Assembly: GCA_976226885.1 (NCBI GenBank)
Contig: OZ320315.1
Span: 46,128,001 to 46,192,000 of the forward strand
Source: Iphione sp. A-MEVVRFRX5
Lineage: Eukaryota
Direction: 5' to 3'
Length of the DNA: 64,000 nt
How positions within the stretch are numbered: the stretch's first letter is position 1; each line of letters starts with the position of its first letter. Both the position numbers and the translations under genes were made by a program. The notes under the pieces are model-generated. The model saw only the letters and a list, made by a program, of their open reading frames with translations. It was not told where the DNA came from and made no database searches. Below, in pieces: positions 40,550 through 52,500 of this stretch.

Positions 40550-43500
40550 CCAAGCGGTAGTCAGCTCCATTTGATGTAGGCCCCTCCCATTGTTAGTGGT
40601 GTCGTGGCCTAGTTGTTTGCAGTCATGTTAAAGTATGACCCGAGCAGGCAATATCGACTACCTGTTAGAAACACGTGCTATGGGCCAGACCGCCTCTCTT
40701 TTTCATGACATGCCACATCACAGCTTTCAGAATCCGCCGCTGGGTGTCGATACTAACACGTCCCTACACCAAAACCTTAGCCGGGAAGGTTGGGCTTTCC
40801 CAGACTTCCTCTGCGGAAATTAGAAACGATGTAGACGACTTCTCAATAGCAAAAGCAAGTTCTGAATGTTTCAAGTCGGCATAGTCTCATATTTTTGCCG
40901 GCCATGGAAGGTCACTGCAAGGCCTAGTAGTCTTGTAACGTAGAAGAGAATGGATGGCGAGAAGAGTCTGGCAGGTCACTTTGGTACATGCACATGTACA
41001 TGTATGTTATGTATTCCAAAGGTCAGTGGGCAGCAGTGGTGGCGGTGAACTAGCCATTTGACCTTCTCATTTTATATTTATTAGTACATCAAACTAATAT
41101 GATTAATATTCATGTATATGTACACGTACCAATTTTGTTGTTCCATTTCATCCGTAATCTTTTGAGATGCACTGTCTTTGTCGGAGCCGATCTTTTTTCC
41201 CCTTGCACCTAAACCGGTTTGTGTTTATATGAGAATGTTATGTAATGCATGTATTCCCTAGTCATAAGATTGTACACTGATGTATGCGGGATGTATACAC
41301 GAGATGTAAAATTAAGTCTGCACATCTACATGTGTAATTCATTCTTCCATACGAACACATTTCTATGCATGTAGATTCCACAACATAACTGGTATCAAGG
41401 ATGTGACATTAACTTTACTAGATATTTCTGTTAACTGTACAATAAAATGGTATCATTTTCAGACAAAAATCGCGATTGCTTTTAGAATTGAAAACACAAG
41501 CATTATTAAGCCTTTGTACCTGCCGTTTTAAACACAAATGCGATGGAAATTCTGTTCATTTCAAACCGATTTTCAAAATTGAAAAATCGTGATGTGTGAA
41601 GAAAGCACTAAATATTGCGAACCCGCAAATGGTCTGTGGTGATCAGAAAATTAGACTACCATCAATCTCATTACCATGCCGACAGAGTACACGAGATGTG
41701 GCATGAAGTGTGCGTGTGGAATTCCCATATTCATGCCGCGATTACAATGTTTTATCTTTTTAATTTGAATTTGCGTGTGAAGCAATAAATTGTTTATGCA
41801 TGGCAGCTCTGATTGAAAGAGGATAGAATATAGTGCAACGATACCCTGAAATTGGATAAGTTCACAATGATTATCCCTCTTTAATTCAGTTTTGTTTTGT
41901 TAAGTATTGTCGTTCAGTCTGTGTTGTTTAGTCCATAATACGAAACAATTCATCTATGTTCTACCGAGAGGTTGTTTTTTCTTTAAATGTAAACTTGTGA
42001 AATCAGAAACGATGCAATAACGAATTATATCACCTTCCCTCTGTGTCACTCTTCACTATTTGCTGTACCCCTATTCCCTGCGACTAGTAAGGTTCTCGGC
42101 GCTACCATGGTGGGAGATGCAGCAAAGACTTACGCAGTAAATGAACATACTGATGTTTAATTGGTTGCCTCCGCCATGTTAAAGTGTTGTGTCTCGTTGA
42201 CGGCGCTGCGTTCCTAGGTACACTCAGGCAATATCGTCTCCCAAGGACGTCATTATCCTCCTCGACACCAGCGGCAGCATGACAGGATTTGCCCGTGACG
42301 TCGCCATGGCAACAGCGACACAGATCCTGGATTCGCTCACAAGCAATGACTTCTTTAACGTGATACTGGTAAGTGGGCAGGCAAAGACCGGCCAATAGCC
42401 ACCACCCACCACCCAACATGCCCTAACTTTCTCTGTCCCTGCCTCACGTATGTCTGTCTGTCTGCCTGTCTGTCTGTCTGTCTGTCTATCTGTCTCACCC
42501 CCTCACACACTGATCTATAAGTGATCTTTTTTCTTATCCCATGTCATGCCTATAAGAATCTGCATGTGTTATAAGGTGTAGATTCTCTTCTTATGGCCTG
42601 GAGACTTCTACTCAATTATGGCTCTCCCCTCAGCCATTTCCACGCTCCTATAGAAAAAACCCTGGGAAGAACCTATTTCCTAAATCACCCATTGCATCTT
42701 CCTTTACCATTGTATCTCTGACGCGTCTGTAATGGAACGATTTCAAACTTGAAAGATGTAGTCTATGCTACGGCTGCATGACACTATCTCAAAAGTGATA
42801 CACAGACTCCTCAAATATTAAATGGTACAGACTTGTCGTCATATATGAACAAAAGTTATTTGGGTAGAGGTATACATGTACTCACCTTTTTGCTCACAGG
42901 TTTCAGATGACATTACATACATGGACACGTGTCTGGAATCTATCCTGATCCAGGCTACTTCCCAAAATAAAAAGGTGAAATATCTATGAACATTGATTTA
43001 TCTTGTGAAAATATACAGTAAATACCAGTAAATAACATTTTGATTATTGCTGATATATATTCCAATGCGTAGTTATATGTTAAAAGAAATAGTTAATGAT
43101 AACATTTGATTTTCAGAGAGTAAAGAAAATGCTTAAAGAGGTTGAGACTGAGGGAATTTCAAATTTTGAACAAGCGCTGGTAGAAGCTTTCACAATCCTC
43201 AATCAAGTAAGTGTCACTCCTCTTGTAATGTCGAATTCCTATAGCTATTGTAGTTCTTACTATTTGACTTTCATTCTACATGTCTGCACAGTAGATGTTT
43301 GTGAACCAGTACAATCTACATTACAAAGCTGTACATTAAACAGACGAGAGCATCGGGCATGCTGTTTGTATCATATTTCACAGCAATGCATGTATGAAAT
43401 ATGGCTGTTGCAACCTTCTGAGTTTCAACTCAAAGGTTAAAGCAGTTATGTAGAATGTGACCCATTTAATAAGCATATAAACACAGAATATGTATACATG

Positions 43501-46500
43501 TATATCCAATATTACGTTCGGCGATAGCAAGAGACATAATTTTAGACTATATAGTACGTGTATATTCAGAAACAACATTGGCTTTATTTCCTTATACGGT
43601 TCATCTTTAATTTTTCTGTAGCCAGTCAATATAGATCCCTCTAAATTGAAGTGTCATATATGTACATGCTATTGAAGATAAGTATTAAATACAGAATACG
43701 TACAAGGAAGGCTTATACCGACAATTATATTTCTATATATGTCTTTGTGTGTGTCGTTGGACAGGACTCAGCATACCTTTTCGGTCTTGAATTTCTATTG
43801 ACACCTTCTTTGTCTGCGTCTTGTCTATATTCCACCTTTCCCGACTTGCTTGTGAACTGTTATGCCGGTGTGGCAGAAAGACAACCTATTTTAACTTTTC
43901 ACCGTGTGGACAAATGTGCGTCATCTTTTCACACTTGTATACAGGTTGACCCAAGAACAGAGTCCGAGCCCGAGAGCGAGGTAACACTCATCCCTCCGTA
44001 GCCCCTTCTCTTTAATCCTGTGGTGCTATCTGGTGTACACCTTGTCAAACTGTGCTGTGAACGTTTTAATAGCTTTTCTCAGCAGGGCATGTTTACCTAT
44101 TCTAGTTGGCCTAAATCAGTAAAACCGTCAGGTGATAGGGGTACATTATGATCCCATTTTCAGCTATAAAACATGTTTTGATAGATCAGTGATAAAGTGA
44201 ACATAATACGTTATAATTGATATTTGTATGAGTTAGTCCTATCGTGAATACTTTGTGAAGTGTTATAAGTGTATCCTCATATACATATATAGAGAATTTT
44301 GGTTTATTCATATTAGTTAAATGGGCGCTTGTGCTATACTGTAACCATTGGAGGATCCTTATTAGATTAATTTGATTTAAAGAAACGAAACGCCAAGTCC
44401 AATGCTACACTGTTAATTTGAAACAAAGGAAGATAGGCCACATAAACATTTTGAGATACTCTCCTATGTTAGTGGGGCTAAAATCAGTCTTGCAATGACG
44501 TATTTAATTACCTTACTAAATACACTTTCTTGCATGTGACTTTCACATGCTCTTTGGACCCGAACACAATGATTCATTAAACTAATGAGTTCACGGTTTC
44601 AAGTACTACTAGAAGTGCTGATCAGCACCAAGGCGTTTGAAGTATTCTTTTCATTTTAAAAGATTGTTTTTCATTTCCCATTTGTAAGTGCTAAGCGATG
44701 CATCCAGTGCAGTAGCGAAGAGTAGCTCCCAGTTCACGCATCCTCATTTGTGTTTCTCAACATTTATCGCGTTCAGAACCAACAATAATAATATCACTGC
44801 AAATAACAGGTTGAGCACTCTATAGCCGAAATATTGTGCTGACAATAGCCGCTATCTGGTGAATTTTTCATGTTTGTGTATGTGTTACAATTGACGCCGT
44901 TAAGAATATCCATTTGCAGCCAAGAGAGCCATCTGGGGGTGCTGGTGGGAACCAAGCTATCATGTTGATAACCACGGGCGTTACCAACGATTACGCCCCC
45001 ATCTTCTCTAAATACAACTCCCACGATCAAAAGGTAGGAACTATCTGCCTACGTGTTAAAATCTGACTCAATTCCATGCTACCTGGAATCCATAACGTAT
45101 CTGCATTAGTACGCAACCTTCTCCATGTTATTTCAAACTTGTGTGCTGTGTAGATTCGAATGGAAATAGCGGGCCATAATATGGTGAATTATGCATGGAG
45201 CTCAAATAGATTGTAGAGTCCTTAAGCCATAAGAGCCGCAAATGATTGATGAAAGTTTATGAAAGGTTTATGCAGCAGAATAAGAGTTCGCCGATTCTGA
45301 TTATTTGGGAAATGAATGGATCTGTTTTAGCCCCAGTGTCCATTAGCACACGTTTCCCGTCGCAGTTTACCACGGCCACAATATATACTTTATTTCTGTG
45401 ACTGGGACAAGTCCCAGTGTAAGAAGTAATAGCCTTTGTATTGTTTAAGCAGGCGCTGATATGGACAGTGCGCAATTGCCGTAATTTCCATGTGTCTGAT
45501 TTCCCTCCATTTTTCCTTAAAACAAGACAGAATCGATGTCTCTTTGACTAGGACATGATCCACTCAAAGAAACTTGCATCTGTATTGCCGGGATTGGGAC
45601 ATTGACGAAAAATATGGGCAAATAAACATTGGCCCGTAGCAAAAAAACGAATGCAATAGCAACACTTGCGCAAAAAGAATGTATTTGTTGTTTTCTTCTC
45701 ATAAAATATTACTCTGCACTGGAAGAATAATCTTACACCGCTAGGCCTACATACTCTCTTGCTTTTTGTAGGTGCGTGTGTTTTCCTACCATGTTGGCCA
45801 ACAAACCACTGGGGCCCACCAAACCAGGACAGTAGCTTGTAACAATGCAGGTAGCCATATATGACTTTTTATTCGAAATATACTCTTTAATTAATAAAGT
45901 TTGTCATCTAAAGTAAAACCTACTTTAAATTACATCAATGGAAGAATATAGAATTTCGTTTGAATTATGCACAGTGCATGTCGTGTTATGACTAACATTT
46001 AAATTACTCTTTTATAGGATTTTATTCTCATATCCGGAGTTTAGCCGACGTGCGCCAACAGGTTCAGGTAAATTATGACCTCTAGAACTTTCTTATCGGT
46101 GACCAATATTTTATCATGGGCAGTACAGCTAACTCAATGTAATATTATCTTCCCGAGAGCAAAAGACACCACCGAAGAAAAGAGAAACACTTCAAAAATA
46201 CGAGAAAATGTTGCATTACAGAATTACGCCCACGTGATGAGCCGGCCGATGGTGATGGAAAAAGCCTCCCCCACGGCATGGACGGGGCCATACAAAGATA
46301 CCTTGGTAAGAAAATAGGTTACACATTCGTGCGAATGCCCAGTGTGCATTTAATTCAGTACTTCCTTACGGGTATCATAATATATAGTTGTTGGGCAGTT
46401 GCGCAGGGATTGTCGTTACGGAATAGGACAAATGTGTCAATTTTTGTCCATCCCATGATAGTGTGGAGGGCAGAGAATCGCCATTCCTACTCTGTGTTTC

Positions 46501-49500
46501 TTTAGATTCTCAGTGGCATCTGAGGAAGCAAGAAGGCTAGGACACTCATAGTTGGCATACGCACGTTTCATGATATTCTACAGATACTAACTTAGTTTGT
46601 AACATATTAACATATTAACTTAGTTTGGACATATTAACAAAAAATCTGCTGGCCACTTGTGTACACTCAAGTGTTGAAGGTACGCAGGCTGAACGAAACT
46701 GATTATTGTGGAAGGTAGTACCACAGAACCTCGTTTTAGCCCGTGTTATTTGATATTTTAGCTCTAATAACTTGATAACAAGTCAATCATTTTTTAAAAT
46801 ATTATCAGAGAGAGAATGTTTGAAACTTTTTTCGCCACAGTTCATGGAAAATAGGAATTACAGAGTTGAATTCGTGATGTCATTCTTGTACCTTTGTGAC
46901 TGATCAATAAACCGCACAGTTTCTCTTAGTAGATCATAATTATGTAACTATAATCCAGCCAACAAATTGGGAAGGCAAAGGCTGAGATCCCCTGTGGGAT
47001 GCCCATCCCAGGCAGTTGTTCCAGTTCTCTAACTTTATGTCGAACATTTGAGAACACATTTTCATAGTAAACAATCACAGTGAAACTGTTAGGAAAGCCT
47101 AAATATGTTACACTAAGCTAGAAAATCCTGGACACATCACATCACTTGTTGGGATATGAATCTTTGTATTAACGACTCTGTATACAGATGGTTAGGTATG
47201 AAATCTTGAATCCATATAATGCAATTATAAGGTGATTTAATGGATAATTTGTACAAGGAGTTTCAGGTGTTAAGGGGTTCATGACAAAAAATGAAAGATG
47301 AATGGCTGTATGAAAGTTTGAAATGGATAACATTTTACAGTTTAATGGTCTTGCTGTTCAAATGCTGTTTATTGTGGTGTGAACAAGCCAAATATTGACA
47401 GATTCTCACTATCATTCTTTCTAAATATATCAGGGCCCTTTGGAGTGGCAACTTTTGATACCTTTGCAATAAATATTATATTTTATACTTGTTTATTTAT
47501 CCTGGATTTTTAGATAAAAATGCTTTAATCCAGTGTGAATATGTGAAAAGCATAAGAACCTTTAGAATATATTCAAAATACATTTCACGATCAAGCCATT
47601 ATGCAGATCTCGATGGTATGGAACATAATGGAAATGTACTTTGTATTAGTCAAATCTGGATTGTCAGGGTGAAAGTGTCAATAAGAAGTTACGTTTGTGG
47701 TCTAGATCAATTTTTGTAAGGTTCTAGCATCTATACATATCTGTTCCCAGTTTGCCAACGACTATGGGAGCGAGCCCAAAACGCTTTCATTAACTATTCG
47801 ATTTATGAAGGCCAGTTGCCGCCTTTTTAGCAGTGTTCAGACCATCTAATAAGTTTACTACCATAAGCATCACGCGTGTGGCCGGGCCAAATGATCGGCA
47901 AATGGGATCTGACCCTATCCTTCCTGAAATCAATAACGTTGCTCCAACTATCTATTCTCCGTTTAGGTTGGAATGTATCCTGTCAGTTACGTCTAATACG
48001 ATCATTCCTCTAGGGAGATTCTTTCTAAATCCATACTGGCTTTTGCTGACGAGGGCCTTCGATTCCAAATAACCATAAACATGCCCATATACACTGTACA
48101 GCCTTCGTCAAATAGGTCATAGGCCCAAGGCAGCAGAAACCATTCATCGGTAAACAGATTGACGGCCTCTGCCTCTTAATCAATAAGGGTAACTTTCAAC
48201 CGCACTTTAATTCATGAGGAATGAAGGCTAAACTGACTTAATCATGAATCAATGCAAACTTTGAGCCCCTGAAAACAAGACCACCTTGTTCAATCCTATA
48301 TCCTTCGAAGTTAGATTCACTAAATTAAGCTTGTGGCTTTTTCATATTGTTATGAATATTGTTGTCTTATCAACTGTTGAATTTTCTATTATTTTCATTG
48401 AAAATCTGATTATCTGAAGCCTCTCTTCCTCAGAAACGCAGTCCGAGCATTCAGCATACAAACATGCAAATATAGCATTTAGTATGATTTAGAATGTGGC
48501 GGAAATCATTGCAGCAATCCATATTTAATAATATTTTATTCAATACTTAATTTGTAATGTGCATGATGTATTTATTTGGTCGTTAGGTTTGTCGTTAGGT
48601 TTGTACCTCTAATATAAGAATTACTAGTAAAGAGTGACCAGATAATTTACAGCGTAGCTGCATATTTCTGATATTTTGTCGTATGTTTACGGTCAGGAAT
48701 GGTATCTAATTTGATATGACAAGAGATGTTTTAGTGTGTCTTTTTCTGTGTAACTTCCTGCCGGGGAACCAGAACCTGTCCTGTGTAAAAAGACTTACAT
48801 TCAAGTAACCGTAGGCGTACTAAAAAGCTTGTTAGTTTCTTGGTATGCGCATTAGAAATCTTGTCCAGGAAATCGGAAAGACGACTGGAACGACAGTTTA
48901 CCAGTCATATGTTTTATTTGTCATATTACAAACAAAACTTACAGTAACTTAAGTTCAAAATTTAATTTCATTAAGAATATTATACATTCCATTGCAAAAA
49001 AAACTCACTCCATTACGAATTTAGTTTGGCTGTTGGGATCTGCAATGGATGGCAGTCTCTGGGAAGTCTGCTGTGTTGTTCTCGTGTACCTCTGGAAACA
49101 ACTTTTTGTCTTATTCTTTACGTTTCACTATTTTCTTTTTCCCCAGCAGTATGGCCAGAGGCAGTGCACGAACTTGTGTCTTAATGTTTTTCCTTGTTAT
49201 TTGACAGGAACAGAGATTTTTAACAAAGGATATGTTGTCGACATTTTTTACTTGCATGTGAAAAGTTCAATATTTTGGCATCTAACAGTTTGATATTTCA
49301 CGGTATATTTGTGACATGGTGTGCAATACTACTGAAAGCTCGTTCAAAAATAGCAGAAGCATAACAGATGAAACGGTATTGGAACGGTAAAACCCCGCGG
49401 TGGTAGAAAAGAAAATTAAGAAACGTGTTTCAACTGCCCTTGTCTCGAACCAGCCCGTCTCTCCTATCTTACTACTCGCGCAAGTCTTCTCTCCTTGTTT

Positions 49501-52500
49501 GTATCTTCCAACACCTCAGTGCATACTCAGAGAGAAGACCGATGGCTTTTTTTATTTGCCGTTCGTCCTTGTGTTGCCATGTATCATGCTTTCCTTACCA
49601 GTTACAAGCATCTGTAGACGGTTGTGCTTTGGTTGCATTCGAGCAGGCTAGCTGCGCTGGGCGTGTAATCTGAGGAAATAGTTTATCTCCCTAGACCTCC
49701 TTTGAGACAGATCTTGAATTCCGGTCGGGTTTCGTGATGTCCTCATTGATGTCATTGGTATCGCTCACCAAGTCCTTTCTGATTCGGTCATTAGGTCTTT
49801 TTACGTCGAGCTGGTTCCTTTGGGGCCACCTTCAGGCTCCACGTCATCGGCGCTGTTAACGCGTTTTCTTAAACCCTTTTTCCCCTTGGCGCTTTTACAG
49901 AAGTGTGGTTTTCCCACTGCCTTCTTCTTCGCATTTGGTCTTGGACTAAAATATCCGTGGAATGAGAAACAGTTAGGACTACGATAATTTATTGTTTATG
50001 CGTTGATAAACTATGAGCCGATTTAAGCAATATAACTGGGCTGGAAAAACATTGGATATAAATCTTGCTTAGGTGTGTAGTATTTTAAATATTGGTTACG
50101 ACCATTCTGTATTGGTTTATGATTATTTTTCAACTTGAGCATTGAGGACCACCCCGATTTTAAGTTAACCATTCATTGTTTTGCCAGTTCTATTCACTTA
50201 ATATATTATCTGTGGTGTTTCTGTAGATTCACTTTTCGAGGTTACAATACATACCCTCCATTTACTTCATTTCACTTGATCATTTTTTCCCTTCTGTGTC
50301 CATTGTCCTTGTTAGTTCGGTTTCCCTACCGTGTATCCAATTCCATGTTATCGATTCAGCTGTCTTGGGTGAACTTGCACTCTGTCCAATCGTATTAGAC
50401 GGATGTTGAATCTATATACGAACTTCCACTGAAAGATCAGCGGATGGCTCGCGCCACTCATGCCCACGTTAATGGCGTCTATCAGTGGCAATCATATCGA
50501 CACTCATATTTAACGTCATCTGACCAATCGATTGGACCAGGCTGTGTTAATTGAGGCTGGTGTTACAATCATTTACCGTCAATGTGTTTGACAGACCCTG
50601 TCCTACCAAGAGATTAGCCATCACGAACTGGGTCACCTGATTGGCATTTTTCACCCCCGGATCTCATCTTAGTGCCATTTGGTCTAATTCGACTAATTAA
50701 CAGCTCATTGAGAACATAAGCGACCGCTTCTTTTCTGAGAGAAACGAACTTCAAAGTAGATGTTTCTGAACAGAGCTGGCTAATTAATTGTTTGGTCAAA
50801 TAAATTATCCTAGAAGGCAATGATGATTATTGGTTGAAGTAGACAAAGTTTTAATAATCTTTACGACAAATTTAAATACATTTATTAAAAGAACATTTAA
50901 CAAGTGGTTTGGAGAGGGAGAGAGGTTTACTTTGACCACAACTACAACAACTAGATCTGTAATGAAAGGGGATATTTGCGGTGTGTTCTGAAGGAAGGTG
51001 CTAAACTTGGACTGCATCGTGGCATATTTGAATGATAAAACAACTTTAGCATCTTGTCTTAGTGCTAGAAATTAGTTTCAGGATTGAACCGTGATATTGA
51101 TCTTGCACACAAATGACATACATGAATTTTTATCCCCACAGATACATACAGCAATTATGGTACCTGTGTTGGTGCTTTTACTTCTTCACCTATTCTCCTG
51201 TGACTGAAGCGAACGAATCCAGTTCTAGTAGTCATTTTACCCAAGCGGCCAATTTGGAAACGTACTTGGTCAATGAATCACGATGGAATTAATAAAAGCC
51301 TACACAATGAGCAAACACATTTCGCACTTGACCTGGCGACTGCTGCTAGAATGTAGTTTTTAAAACTTTCTTAAACACAAATACTTTAGCCCTCTCTGAC
51401 GTGGTGATGATCAACTAATGGAGTTGCATGTGGGAAAGAAACGCAGCTCCAAAATTTACGCACAGAAATAATTGTAGACAAGTATTTTTCCTGAAAGCAA
51501 TGTACCTCGTGCAATGTAAGACTGTACTCCAATTTTAGTTTCGCAAATGTTTCTTTTCAGGGACTGGGAACGGTTTTGACCATCTCGAAACCTGTTTACG
51601 ACAAGAAAAACGACACGGCGTTTGTATGTTCCCCATTTACTATCAAATCAAATAGGCTTCACATTTCGACCACTAGAGTAATGTAGGGAACGTTGACATT
51701 ATTTTTTAATAAGAACATTTACAACGAACCAAATGTGGTCCTCTTAGTTGAAGTCTACCAGAGATCCAACAGCCATGCAATATACATATACATATATATT
51801 TCGGTATTTGGACATTCCATCCTTTTCAATCTCCATCTTTGTTTTCTCAATCATTCCGATCACCTGTAAGCGAAGCGTTTTATCGGAAATGAGTATGATG
51901 TTTTTCTATTTTGGAAGAGACTCCTGGGGGTGGCTGCCGTGGATATCCTTGTGCGAGACCTGGAGAAGCACGCACCTCCTCACAAGGTAGCAAACACCTC
52001 TGCCTCAACTGATAAAAGCCACACTGTATATTTTGTTACGTTAATGTTTATTTGTAGAAGTATCTACTTAGGGTCATCTAACATAAATATAGGTCCACTA
52101 CATTAGTTTTGTTTTCCACATATGTTAAACGATTACGATATTGTGTGCGGAATTAGCTCTCACGGCGATACGTTGAAACGGTTGTTACTATATGATATTC
52201 TAGTTATATTATTCACGCTATCATTTTGAATGGGTAATCGGAATTCTACTGTATGTTTTTAAGTAGTTAAATCCATACTGACTATTTTTGTACATTTCTC
52301 ATCTAAACTACTTCTGTGAGTATACATGTTCAGGTGTTAATATTGTTGTGGAGCTGTGGTTCAAGCAGTCTTCAAATCTACGACTTGCCTGAACTATCTC
52401 CTTCAGATTGGGCTGTAACGATACGTATATATGTGTCTACACGGATATTTAGTTGGTACATAGAATGGGCTCATTATATTTATTATATCACATTCCTGAC

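Noticed and set aside
39505-42368. Assignment to CACHD1 rather than alpha2delta
   Set aside because: SPKDV-ILLD-SGSM, FDCR-W and FLVEFN are alpha2delta-3/4-type motifs; CACHD1-type motifs were not seen.
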